NCBI RefSeq assembly: GCF_001194135.2
Contig: NC_068983.1
Span: forward strand, 157,873,681 to 157,937,362
Direction of reading: 5' to 3'
DNA length: 63,682 nt
DNA from: Octopus bimaculoides
Taxonomy: Eukaryota
The notes under the pieces were generated by a model. The model was given only the letters and a program-made list of their open reading frames with translations, searched no databases and had not been told where the DNA came from. Below are positions 50,906 through 63,682 of this stretch, piece after piece. Every line of letters begins with the position of its first letter. The first letter of the stretch is position 1. The translations under genes and the position numbers were made by a program.

Positions 50906-51410
50906 GTAAAGAGATGATTGAAACCAGCTTTAAGGAGAGAATTCTTTCAAGGAGGATCCCTATCCACTTTTTAGTCTTGTCTAACTTTTCCCCACTAAGA
51001 AACATATAAACAGCCAATGGCTATAAATGCAATGGACAAACAAAATAAAGTATCTCTATACGATTAACTTAAACTGTTTACAATGTACAAAGCCCAGCTG
51101 CGGAAAGTACTAAAAACTGTTCGTTTATTCACTCAAGATATAAAAATGAATATGGGGCCTGATAAATGCGCAAAAGCTGCTACGAGAATAGACAAATTAA
51201 CAAAATCTGAGAATTTAAAATTAAATCCAGACCCTGAAAGTGTAGAATTAAGCATGAACCACCAATACAAATACTTAGAAATATATGAAACTGATAAGAT
51301 ATAACACAAAATTGAAGGAGAAAACTGGAGAAGAAGAATATTGAAAACAGAACCCACTGCTAGAAATGAGATAACTATACATACATACATACATACATAC
51401 ATACATACAT

Positions 51411-51443
<33 letters not shown>

Positions 51444-52790
51444 TACATACATACATACATACATGCCATACCATACATATATTATATATATGTACATATC
51501 TGCATATATATTATATATATATGAACATGTGTCTATATGTGTATATGTATGTACGTGCGCACACATATTCTAAACCTCGTAGTCATAAACAACAATTACA
51601 ATTAGAACGAAAGAGGATTTAAGAGCCTAGACAGACACATCAGGAAACTACTAACAGCGTTCCGAAGCCAACACCTTAAAGCTGATATAGATAGGATAAC
51701 CTATCTGTGATTAGAGAGGGTGGGTCTGATACAGATAGAAAATTACCACAAAGTAACAATGGCAGGAATATAACAATACTTATAAACAATTAAGAGGAAA
51801 CTTATTAGTGTAATAAAGGAACATATAAAAACAAACAAAAACAGCTTTTCTTTCTCTGTCTCCCTCCCCCTCTCTCTCTTTCTCTCTATGCTACTCACAC
51901 ATCCATATAACGTTGCCTTAAAATACCAACTAGAAGCTAACTACACGGGTGAAAAAGATTTAGATTAGAACACAACAACGGAAGAAGTTAAAATGACGAA
52001 ACACAAAACCAGAAAGGTATTTCGGAATACATTAATGAAAAATGAGAGAAAATTTCACTCCATGATTAATACCATGAAAAAAAAATCAATGAAAATTAAG
52101 TAAACTGGAGTGAAAGTTAAGAAAGGCTAAAAATTAAGGACAAAAGACCTAGTTTTAGCTCCACAGGATCAATATCTATTTTAAACAATATTTTAGAATG
52201 ATATAAAGAAACAAGAGGCCAGTATCAAGTGATAAGTATGCAATTAGTAAAACGAGACAATTGACCACAACAATTCAAGCAGCCTAGTTCTTGTAAAATC
52301 TGTGTCCACAGACACAATCGAGTCGACATCTATGACCGCTGGCCAATATGCTGATACCTCGTAGTGAAAGCGGTCACGAACTGGCATATTTATGCGTCAA
52401 ACATGGTATCTGACAACGACATGGTCAAGATCACACGTCCAAGCTGAAAAGAAAACCATGATAAACAATCCAGATATAGTTATCAAGGGCTGGAACAAAA
52501 ATATCTGTACTTTGATAGAAACATTTATCGCTTCTGAGCATCCCATCGCAAGACAGATGGAGAAAATGTCAAAATACAAGGATCAGTGAAAACAGTAGCA
52601 ATAATTATTGCGGCACTAGGTAAAATAAAGAAGAACATGAACAAAAATATAAAAGAAAAAGATATAATTAGGCTAACAACTCTAAGTATTTTACAAAAAC
52701 ATAGCTCTGCCGAGTACGATCCACATCATTTTAAAAGCACTTTCAAAACAATAGTATGACTCAACCTCCCTCCCACACACTCGCACGCAT
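50905..52790 (+). mobile_element. R4/Dong-type LINE, RT to RLE, interrupted by a (CATA)n tract
   Basis: GI.QGD..SPL-like motif after (CTA)n 50833-50904; VRLFTQDIKMNMGPDKCAK, YKYLEI, NNPDIVIKGW..ICTLIE, KMSKYKD. Confidence 0.7.
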
Positions 52791-52832
52791 ATAGTGAATA
52801 AAAACGAAAGCAAATGGATAGTTCTAAAATAA

Positions 52833-53209
52833 GTGGAGGCGCAATGGCCCAGTGGTTAGGGCAACGGACTCGCGGTTTCGATTCCCAGACCAGACGTTGT
52901 GAGTGTTTATTGAGCGAAAACACCTAAAGCTCCACGAGGCTCCGGCAGGGGATCGTGGCGAACCCTGCTGTACTCTTCCACCACAACTTTCTCTCACTCT
53001 TACTTCCTGTTTCTGCTGTGCCTGTAATTCAAAGGGTCAGCCTTGTTACACTGTGTCACGCTGAATCTCCCCAAGAACTACGTTAAGGGTACACGTGTCT
53101 GTGGAGTGCTCAGCCATTTGCACGTTAATCTCACGAGCAGGCTGTTTCGTTGATCGGATGAACTGGAACCCTCGACGTCGTAAGCGACGGAGTGCCAGCA
53201 CACACACAC
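52833..53209 (+). mobile_element. SINE family C, full length
   Basis: Near-identical to 33771-34157; candidate TSD AGTTCTAAAA at 52820-52829 and 53210-53219. Confidence 0.92.
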
Positions 53210-53599
53210 AGTTCTAAAACATCACTATACGTATTTCCTTGTGTGGTTTGGTCCAAGTACGAGTCCATTGCGTAACTTAATGGACAACATGTAAATTCAT
53301 ACTGTTACATAACGATTCCACTTCCTCAGGTTATATTCCTTCGAATATATTTCTGGCAACAACGCACAAAATATTTCGGTGAAATATTTTTAAGAATAAG
53401 AGTGACAGTGAATTCGAAATTTCGGTTTATTAGCCTTCGCTGGACTTTGTATGTATGTATGCACTGGCAATCACTAGCAAGAGTCAGAAGGATACGAAAT
53501 ATTGCACCATGCAATGTCTATAAGAAAATTGTGTGAACTTCCAGAACTTATATTACGAAAGATTAATTCAATATATTTCAATTTTTCTTTCCATTTTAT

Positions 53600-54070
53600 T
53601 CCAGCATGAAGATGTCTTGAACGAAACCGGTAGATGCTTACTTAAAAATATGTCTTTCTGTTTTCAGCGATAAAATTCTCTAAGCATTTTATTATTTTTC
53701 CAATATATTTTTCACTCGTGCATATATATCACAAAACAAACAAGACTGGAATGAAAATGTCTGTACACTGATAGACATCTCAAAAAAAAAAAAAAAGGTG
53801 GAGAGACTCAAAATACAACGACCTTGAAATTGAAATAAGCAGGATGTAGAGCAAGAAGATAAAATCAGTCCCAATGTTGATTAGAGCACTCGGTACGACA
53901 AAAAATAAATCACCCACAAGAAGAATATTAGGGAACACAATATCTTACAAAACAACACAGCACTACTACACACACCCTATTTAAGACAACCTCAAGTCAA
54001 CAGAACAACTCAAACTGCAGTCTCTGTACACTGCACATACTCTGTAAGGCAACAACTGAATAAAATAGCA
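53600..54070 (+). mobile_element. R4/Dong-type LINE RLE remnant
   Basis: CTLIDIS, YNDLEIEISRM, PMLIRALGT-like motifs. Confidence 0.5.
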
Positions 54071-54287
54071 CAACTTACATCGTACCAGATGAAACACTAA
54101 AACAGTATATCAAACAACATGCAATTGCAAAAACTGACTTAGATTATAATACAGATTCCCAAAAGACACTGTTGTTCATAATTCAAAACACAAAAATGTG
54201 CCTGGTGAGAAGAGAAGGGCTGTATAAGTATAACATTGTTGAAAACACGGTAACATATAATTATGGTGATGGTGCTAAGACCAGAAT

Positions 54288-54346
<59 letters not shown>

Positions 54347-55499
54347 AAGGTTTTCGTGGTTGTTTAGTATACTGCACTGTTATGCCACGGGCATGTTCAA
54401 GGATCTCCTAAACAATCCATAACCAATGCCGAGATGGCTTTCAGAGATAAGACGATAGATAATCTAAGAATTGCTCCACCACTTGTGCATCAATATTCTA
54501 TAATCTACATCCCCAAATGATATCAACAGGATATTTAAAGATTATTGAAAGCAAACAAATAAACAAACAAACACAAACGTAATTCCTGTGGAGTAGAAAG
54601 GGTGTGTGCCCAACTCCTATGGGACAATCAGTCAGCTCCTTGTTAACAAAACGGTACTGAATAATGTGAAGGCACAGAAAAAGAATATAATGTGTATTCT
54701 CCACCGACCAGCAAACTTAAACAGATGCATTTTTAAGTCAACAATATCAGAAATAAAAATAGAACACAAATAACAAACTTGTTACACAAGTAACAAACAC
54801 AAAACAAACAACAAAATTAAAACACTCGAACATCAAACACAAAGCTACACCAAATACATGCAAAACGAAGTAAATAGTAAAACACAAGAGAACCAAACAA
54901 GAGAATACATACAGAATACTGGTCAACAAAACTATAAATAAACAAGAATACGAAAAAGGTTTAACAGGCTATCTTAAGTGTGAAACCATGGTTATGACAA
55001 TCTAAAGGAAGAAATAATTAAAGATTAAAAACAAAAATTATTCCTATGGAATATCGAAAGTATCTTGTAAAAATGAAACTTACTGATAAAATAGCAGAGA
55101 GGAAATCCGACCGGCTCACAAAGCGGAAACCCATTTTAACAATAAAAACGTAAAGATAGCCTTCAAAAGTTTATTAGAAACGATCACGAACATTGATATC
55201 ACTCATTTAAACGAAATAATATATACTATAAGTACATTATTTCAAAAAAGTCAGTACTCCTTCAATTCTATTCAACTAAGAACAAGCAAACTGCATGGAA
55301 AGAAGCACAGAAAATAAGAGAAAATATCCCTCAATCCTCACTTAAATCAATACCAAAATGTCGCAACAGAAAAAAGTAAAGACAAATACATAAATATGAT
55401 ATAACAAAAATGGTTTTCCAAATAAAAGAACGCTTGAATTAAAAGGCCCTCGTTAAATTGTAAGTAATCCGCCATTACGAAAGCGATAACGATTCTTTG

Positions 55500-56720
55500 A
55501 ATAATACAATTAATCCAACTTCAAGCCAAAACGATAGTATCAAGAAATTGGTAAAAATAAATAGAAGTCAATTTTGTGTCAACGGCAAGAAAAAGTAAAA
55601 GAGTTCTAGGGTAAGTACTGGTGGTGAGGGAATGATCGCGAAAGAGGGTGTTGCAAACAACGAACGAACACATTTTCGGAAAATCTCTGGAGTTATAACA
55701 ACAGAAGTCACCTAGACGTTGGAAAAAAACAAAACAAAACAAAACAAAAACACAACAACCCAGTCTCACAAAGATTTGATAAAATCCCAAATTTCTGGTT
55801 AAAATATTTAACAGACACGCATAAGGTGCTAGCAGAAGTGTTAAGTTACTGGGGAAGCGGTGAGGAAATCCGACCGGCTCACAAAGAGGAAACCCATTTT
55901 AATACCCAAGAGTAGAAGCATAGAGCCATTACAGCCTACGAGTCTATAAATGCGATTATACTGCAGGGAATAAGTAAATATCTGGAAAACGTTACACCTG
56001 TTTCTAGAGGAGCAGGAAAGGTATTTCAAAAGTTCATATATGTATAAAGATCAGTTACTGATCAACTAAAACACAAGCGAAGATTACAGAAGGTGAACGA
56101 AGGTTTGAGTATTGCATAAATTGGCTACAAAATGTGAGTGGATCCTAGAAACTTCGCTTATAATAAGCAGATGAATTAAATACGTCATGAGAAAATAGCA
56201 AGCAATTCTGCAGATGCAGACAAAAGGGAAATTATAAACTAACTCTGTCTCCAATAGAAGAGGAAATATTCTAAGGAGACTCCTCTCTATTCTTTTTATC
56301 TTTAAATAAACATGCTAAATAAAAGTGAACCCGGACACAAATGGAACAGGAAAGCGATATTTTCTATATGCAGATGATAAATAACTAGAAACACTGTCAA
56401 AGTGAGTACACAAATTTAGAAAAACTTTTTCATCTTCAAGTAAGTCAACAGTTACAAGACAGACTGAAATAACAGATAGGAACATGTGAGGAGAGGGGAG
56501 ATGCAATAGGAATTTTAAAAAGCTAAAACAAGAAAAAACAATCTTAACATTGAGTTATAGAGTACAATGTTAAAGCGGTGACAAGCCTCCAGAAAACCAA
56601 TGCCCGAAAACATTTTTAACACTGTGTAGATAGAGAAAGTAAAATCGTGGAGTATTACGTATAGTACTGTCAATACAACAGAAAATACAAGTTTATAAAA
56701 CAAACAAAAACTCTACGCAT
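55500..56720 (+). mobile_element. Decayed L1/Tx1-like LINE RT region
   Basis: FLYADD at 56361-56378, with degenerate upstream RT motifs. Confidence 0.45.
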
Positions 56721-56989
56721 TCCTTATGCTGATGTATCTGTGCTCGGTAGTGCAGTGATTGTACATGATAAAAATAAGCTACTGAATGATAATGGCGTTG
56801 ATGATGAAAACAATGGCGATGATGATAATGATGATGATGTTGAGAATCATGAGTCGTAGTGTACTTTTACAGAGAGAATGGGATACACTTACCAGATTGA
56901 CAGGGGATGAAAGACACAGAGGACGGTAAACTAAGTAAATGAGTGAGGGGAACCAATCGCATTTGAACAGCGTTGAATCTTGGCGGATG

Positions 56990-57545
56990 GAAGTGAAAAA
57001 CGAGGAATTTTATGGACATTGCATTGAAAAATATGATTATAATGAAAAGCTAAAATGATGCAGAGGAATAGGGCTTAGCCAATTTATGAAGTGAAAAGGG
57101 AAGCAGATAAGCATGCATCGTTAGAAAGAATGGAAAGGAAAACCAGCGATACAAATATGTGCAGTAGAAGATAAATCACTAAAAACTAATTATGTGAAAT
57201 ATCACATCGGTTAAAGTATAGAATCATTAGGCTAAAAGGTAAAGCAGTGAATTACATTGTGAGTGCGGTGCACAAGCACGAATGAAATGCAGAATGAAAC
57301 ATAACACTGCCAGGATTGTGTACCGAAAGTTATGCAAGAAACATAAGCTCAACAGAAAAGAGAAGTGGTATGTGCTTGTCCCAGCCGAAGACTGAAATGA
57401 AGCTACTTTAGGACTTCAACTTTCACTGTGATCACGAAATATATGAGACAAGACCAGATATTGAATTGTTGAAAGATGAAACATGTACTGTTGGATAAAT
57501 GATTATCAACACCTGGACATAACAGGGTATGTGAAAAGGAAAAGA
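56990..57545 (+). mobile_element. R4/Dong-type LINE fragment
   Basis: HNTARIVYRKLCKK, KWY, RPDIEL-like RLE motifs. Confidence 0.6.
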
Positions 57546-57800
57546 TTGAGTTGTATCAAAATTTGAGGAGAGAAATTGCTTTTTTGTGTAGTCTGGAGAA
57601 AGGGGGCAGTGTTCGTGGCCTTCGCAGCCCTGCCAAGACTTGTGAGATTGATGCCGTTAATATTCCGTTTAAACTGTTCCAGGCCAACATTTGCAGGAAA
57701 GCCATGAGCAGGGAAATGATTTCGGTGGGATGACGATCTAGAGAGGAAGGACTGAACATGTTTAGTACAGGGACGGTGTAGGGGTTTGGACACAATAAAA
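57545..57800 (-). mobile_element. CR1-group LINE 3' remnant
   Basis: SFLSRSSSHRNHFPAHGFPANVGLEQFKRNIN. Confidence 0.5.
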
Positions 57801-57959
57801 GTTATGAGAAGTGGAGAGACAAATAGATCGGGGTAACTGAAGTGGAGAGGTGCAAGATCAGAGAGGTGATGTTAACTGATAGAATGAAAAGGTAAAGTTC
57901 CCGGAAACAGAAGACAATGACGCGAGCAAAAAATTTTATACAGATATTGTTTTCACAGT

Positions 57960-58670
57960 ACTGAAATGTATCGTGATCAGAAATCGTTTCAGTGGCTGAA
58001 GATGGGAATATTGAAGAAAGAGACTGTGGGATTGATTGTAGATGCGCAGGACCAAGCCATCACAAATAATGTAAATAAGGAAAACGTCTCGGCTGTATAT
58101 AGAATGTGTGGTGAAAAGAGGAGATGGTTACGTATGAAAAATGCTTCTCAGAGAATAAATAACTGGAAACAAGGTAAAGTTGTCACTATCATACACTTGC
58201 AAGTCTGTATAAACTTTGGATTCGAACATCATGTACTAAAAATGGTATGACCATATAACAGAACATGTTCTTGAAACGAATATGCAAAGGTACTATAGGA
58301 TATGAAATTCAACTGGATAGGCAAATAGAATATTCATGCCTACATATAATCATACTCAAGAAACAGGACAGAATTTTTTGCTTAATTAATGTTGTTTACC
58401 TGTTTGATACAAGAGTAGTAGAATAGAATGTGAGAAAATAAAATACTAGGAACTAAAATATGAACTCCAGGGAGTCTGGAATTGTAGTAAAGTTATCATT
58501 AACCTAACTGTAATAGGAGCCTTATAAACAGTTGCAAGAAGTTTGAATGGCTGGCTGAAGACACGGAGAAGAATTTCCTTATACCACAGAAAGCCTGTTT
58601 GCTTGGCGCAGCAAGGACTATAAGGATGCTACTAGATACCTAAGGTTGAGGGATGCAAGTTAATATCTAG
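57960..58670 (+). mobile_element. R4/Dong-type LINE fragment
   Basis: WLKMGILKKETVGLIVDAQDQAI, YRMCGEK, and KACLLGAARTIRMLLD at the C-terminus. Confidence 0.8.
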
Positions 58671-58745
58671 TAATCTAATACCAAACAAAAACAAAAAACG
58701 AAATGATTAGTGAACGAAAATACCACCACCACCACCACCACCACC

Positions 58746-58799
<54 letters not shown>

Positions 58800-58800
<1 letters not shown>

Positions 58801-58965
58801 ATGGTTTCAAATTTTGGCACAAGGCCTGCAGTTTTGTGGAGTAGAGATAAGTCACGAGTATCTGCCCTTGTACTTGACGGTGCTTTATTTTATTGACCCG
58901 AAAAGATGAGAGGTATGGTTGATTTCGGCGAGATTTGAGCTCAGAATGTAAAGATTCTGCCAGTT
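58800..58965 (-). mobile_element. SINE family A after a (CAC)n(TAC)n array
   Basis: Tail ATGGTTTCAAATTTTGGCACAAGGCC on + abuts the array at 58721-58800. Confidence 0.8.
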
Positions 58966-59114
58966 TACATAATAACTGATTTACAAATAACTCATCATTG
59001 CTTAGTTTATTTTCCGTTCACCTAGATCATTAGACAATGTATAACTGAAGCAATAATGAAACACAGTCATAGAAATTGGTAAAAGCTGAACGAAGCTGTC
59101 AAAGCTGTGAACTT

Positions 59115-59450
59115 GTATGGCTCAGTAGTTAGAGGGTCGGGCTCACAATCATGAGGTAGTGAGTTCGATACTCGGACTGGGCTGTGTGTTGTGTTCTTGA
59201 GCAAGACACTTTATTTCACGTTGCTCCAGTCCACTCAGCTGTTGAAATGAGTTGCGACGTCACTGGTGTCAAGCTGTAACGGCCCTTGCCTTTTCCTTGG
59301 ATAACATCGGCGGTGTGACGAGGGAAGGCTGGTATGCATGAGCGACTGCTAGTCTTCCATAAACAACCTTGCCTGGACTTGTCCCTTGAAAGGGAACTTT
59401 CCAGGTGTAATCACACGGTTATTTACCGAAGGGGATCTTTGCCCTTTAGT
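59115..59450 (+). mobile_element. tRNA-derived SINE family D
   Basis: A box TGGCTCAGTAG, B box GAGTTCGATAC, core GTTGTGTTCTTGAGCAAGACACTT. Confidence 0.85.
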
Positions 59451-60289
59451 AAAGCTATCATTTTACCTAGAAAAATATGTTAGGACCATATTCTAAAAAT
59501 AATACGCAATTGGCGGTGTGATGGTACAGCATATAAACATGACGGACGGTAACTACCAGTATTGTTTTGGGTTCTCAAATCCTTTGATTGAGTTGCAACG
59601 GTATCGTTTTGTCAAATATTGCTTGTCTTAGATTTGGCAGAGTTCATCCTTATTTAGGTCTAAGCACAACCTATTTCTCACAGAAAGAGAGTCAGACTTA
59701 TAGAGAAAAGAATCTGTTCTAGTAAAAAACTGGTGCTATATTTATCGATCCTAAAGAGATGTAAGGCAAAATTAACCGGTGTTCAGCTTGAATTCAGAGC
59801 ATAAAGAACCGGAGTAATTGTCGCAAACCAATCGACCCCACACTCTAACGACTTTGCCCATTGGCCACCTAATCTCCCAGTATAAGAATTTAATCTAAAA
59901 ACTTGAATTAGGCTACTAAAAGGGATCCAAGTGTACCAGAAAGAAAAGAGAAAAAAATATCAGGAAGAATTCTGTAGAATGATCCGAAACGTTTTTCATA
60001 GTAAGGCTCGTTTTAGAAGCACTATAAAAGTAAACAGTTACAGTTTTTCTGTAAACAGAAGGATATAGAAGACAGCCTCATTTCAACACCATAGATTTCA
60101 TAATAATGTAGCAAGTGAGGCAAGGGAAACAGAACAGCACAAACAGCAACAAAGGGTAGTGTAAAATGTAAATAAAACCAACGAAAAGAAAACAATGTAA
60201 ACAAACCTTTGTACAGAGAGTATCTCTTCCCAACTAAACAAAGAAGCTTGCGACACATACATCATGCGCATATTGGCTGACATTCCTAA

Positions 60290-60560
60290 GTATTAATAAT
60301 ACAGAAACAGGAAGTGATAGTTGCAGGACACAGTCAACACTTCAACACCAAACACTACAAGAAAATAATCTTGAAATATCAGGAAGCTCTAAATGCCGTA
60401 TGTGCAGACAATTTGATGAGATATTTAATCATGTTCTTTACATGATATCCAATATTACCTGATATTGACTTCTGGCGCAGTCATAACAGATCAGCTGGAT
60501 ACCCACAAAATACAATGTGTAAACACTACTAGATCTTATCGTGATGACATTGTATAACTA
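60290..60560 (+). mobile_element. R4/Dong-type LINE CCHC remnant
   Basis: IVAGHSQH, KCR.C, HNRSAGY-like motifs. Confidence 0.5.
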
Positions 60561-61123
60561 TTTAGTATAAGGAGATAGAGAGGGAAAGGGAGACAAGGAG
60601 AAAGGGATGTCAGGGAATGTGAGACAAAGTGTGTGCGTGTATCAGAGAGAGCGATAGGGAGGAGAGAGAGAAAGGGAGAAAGAGAAGGTGAGAGAGAGGG
60701 AGAAGGAAAGAGGAAGGGAGAGATAGAGTGATCGAGATTAACTGAAATATCAATAATCGAGCATAAAGATATGCATATTGGCCATAAATAGCTGCAAACC
60801 GCACGACGGAAACAATAACATGCACCTTAATTAGTACGTTATGTCTAATCGGCAAAACATTGAAGTTGAGGAGAAAGAAAGCGTTCTATATACAAAGACA
60901 CAGAGATAAATGATACTAAAAATTTTGGGCAGAAAACCAAGAACAGTATCCATATAAGTTTTATCACTGGAACCTAAAAAGGAATACCCGAAAGAATAGA
61001 ATTTCTAAGGCAGATCAACAATACAAGAATTTGAGAAGAAACAGAGATATATAAATATAGTCGAATAGTACAGAAACGGATAAATATATCTGTGAATATA
61101 TATTTCTACACGAATTACAGAGA

Positions 61124-61193
<70 letters not shown>

Positions 61194-61267
61194 ACCTGCG
61201 CATATATGCATATGTATACCTGCGCATATATGTATATGCACACCTGAGCATATATATATATATATAG

Positions 61268-61470
61268 TAAATCCAAAATAAGAAGAACAAACACAAAAAA
61301 AAAAAACAACTACGCGAGGACGTGGTACATGTAAAGTATTATCAGACGCTCAGAGGAGGAAAGAAAGATGGTTTAACGTTTCGAGCAACGCTCCTCTTCG
61401 AAAAAAGAGGAAAGTCCAATAGAAAGGAAGACGGAGGAAGAAAATCGCCATCGATTCACATGTGGTTATA
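61268..61470 (-). mobile_element. Penelope-like terminal fragment with a degenerate hammerhead motif
   Basis: Minus strand TTTT CGAAGAG GAGC-GTT-GCTC GAAAC GTT AAA at about 61372-61406. Confidence 0.5.
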
Positions 61471-61515
<45 letters not shown>

Positions 61516-61679
61516 TTCACTACCAATACTTGTAGCAGTATGATAAACAGTCGAACCTTACACAAAATAAATGTAAGCCAGATCACTCTAAAATATGAGA
61601 AATAAATTGTGACTCTAGTATGAGAAGAAAGAGTAAGGAAAACAAATATATTATTATCATTAATAATATTGTTATTGTT

Positions 61680-61984
<305 letters not shown>

Positions 61985-62129
61985 GTTTTTCAAGTGCTTA
62001 AGACCCCACCCCAAGATTATCTTAAGCACTTGAAAGATTATTGAAAGCTTGTGGATATCTAAGGTTACAGGTAGTAGACTGCTACCCACATAAATTCTAC
62101 CAGAAATAAGAATGAACCTGAGTCAAACC

Positions 62130-62187
<58 letters not shown>

Positions 62188-62206
62188 TCGCGCTCTTCGT
62201 TTTGAC

Positions 62207-62253
<47 letters not shown>

Positions 62254-62400
62254 TACTTTTCACACCTTAAAGGAAAAGTTATGTGGTACTCATATGAACC
62301 TATAATTATCAGGGAATATAACAATGTGAACTAGTATACAGACAAGCCATCAGAGAACACATAATAAGTGTGAAGTAATTTTCATTGGCAAAAATAACAA
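61985..62400 (+). mobile_element. R4/Dong-type fragments interleaved with (TAA)n
   Basis: TLERLLKACGYL-like segment (62025-62055) between TAA arrays. Confidence 0.4.
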
Positions 62401-63246
62401 TAGTGTGCTAATAATGCATACCGCAATACCGAATGATTATAATGCGAGCTGAGTAAAGGAGCTACACAGAGTAGCTATCGAATTAAATACACAATAGCAG
62501 TGAAGTAGTTGTCAATCACTCCATATATAATTTGTACAACTGCAATAATAAAGATAATAAACAATTTCTTCTATAAAGACGTTGACAAGTTAACTAAGAG
62601 GATAGACAGAACACGTTCTAGAAGAGACCAGATGTAACTAAGAAAGTGCACTTTGTTAAAACTTAAATACTTGGTTTATTTTTCCCAGATATACTTTAAT
62701 TTTGGTGTAGGAAATGAAATACTGATGTATTTCTCAAATTATAAATAACAAATAATAATAAAAATAATAATAGTTGTTTGTAACACAAACACATGACCTG
62801 CAGTTTGGAGGGAGAAGATTAGTTAATTATATTGTTTTAACTTGTACTTTATTCCATTGGCCCCGAAAGTAATTAAAAGCATAGACGACTTTGGAGGGAT
62901 CTTAGTTATGTACATAAAGAACCGAACCCCGAACCCTGAAAAGACAGGTATTTTCTCGACGATCCACCCTGCTAATCCACCTCCATTTATAATAGTAGAA
63001 ATTAAAGTAATAGTAGTTTAGAAACAATGATTTTTTTTTCTAAAACGGGCAGAAAACTACACATTTTAGTGAAGCACATATTCTATTAAGCGATCCTTCT
63101 ATTTGACTGATTTATTTTTTATAAACTCTTGACGCATAAAGAGGCGAAGTCGAACCCAGCTTTATTTGAATTAAGAACGTAAGAGGACATAAGTAAATAC
63201 TACAACATTTTGTTTGATGCTTTTCCTAATTTGACACTCTATGCAA

Positions 63247-63311
<65 letters not shown>

Positions 63312-63336
63312 ATAATAATAATAATAATAATAATAA

Positions 63337-63389
63337 AGCACACAGAGCTGCGCTCGGTAGTGAAAGCACGTGTTAAAAATAAGACTACC

Positions 63390-63391
<2 letters not shown>
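63337..63391 (+). mobile_element. 55-bp R4/Dong 3'-terminal insertion inside (TAA)n
   Basis: AGCACACAGAGCTGCGCTCGGTAGTGAAAGCACG..AAAAATAAGACTACCGAA matches the 3' end of 11795-12226; TAA repeats on both sides. Confidence 0.85.
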
Positions 63392-63426
<35 letters not shown>

Positions 63427-63450
63427 TATAATAATAATGATAATAATAAC

Positions 63451-63536
<86 letters not shown>

Positions 63537-63589
63537 TAATAATAGTAATAATAATAACAATAACAATAATAATAATAATAATAATAATA

Positions 63590-63682
63590 AATAGACATTA
63601 CTTCAGCACCAACAGCAGAAGAACTAGAGAAATTCTGGAAACAAATATGGTCGGTGAAGCAACAACCCCAAAAAAGGACCAT
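63590..63682 (+). mobile_element. R4/Dong-type LINE pre-RT segment starting at the end of (TAA)n
   Basis: DITSAPTAEELEKFWKQIW (P..EE...FW..IW motif); runs off the window end. Confidence 0.65.

Noticed and set aside
55100-55900. Duplicated GAGGAAATCCGACCGGCTCACAAAG.GGAAACCCATTTTAA motif (about 55100 and 55862)
   Set aside because: Lies within decayed LINE sequence; most simply a local duplication of element sequence.

Overview
Eukaryotic, AT-rich, microsatellite- and transposon-dense DNA with four N-gaps. The SINE families and repeat density suggest a coleoid cephalopod, probably Octopus (inference, not verified). The only clear host-gene sequence is one 251-nt minus-strand Wnt5 coding exon (25594-25844) with canonical splice sites and Wnt-typical intron phases. 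No downstream Wnt exon is visible in 1-25593, so that intron is probably over 25 kb; the upstream exon(s) are uncertain, with candidates near 27.8-28.3 kb. The rest is a transposon graveyard: about 16 fragments of R4/Dong-type RLE LINEs, a second RLE LINE family tied to (CATA)n, at least 4 tRNA-derived SINE families, a near-complete mariner with perfect 27-bp TIRs, Tc1/maT, Tigger/pogo and Helitron fragments, CR1- and L1/Tx1-like remnants, and Penelope-like pieces (a GIY-YIG domain and minimal hammerhead ribozyme motifs). The most notable structure is that (TAA)n arrays act as shared landing pads for Dong LINEs and one SINE family in opposite orientations, with a very strong window-wide strand bias. 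There is no CRISPR, rRNA or prokaryotic content. I found no unambiguous new biological system; the findings are testable leads. Most repeat boundaries are approximate.
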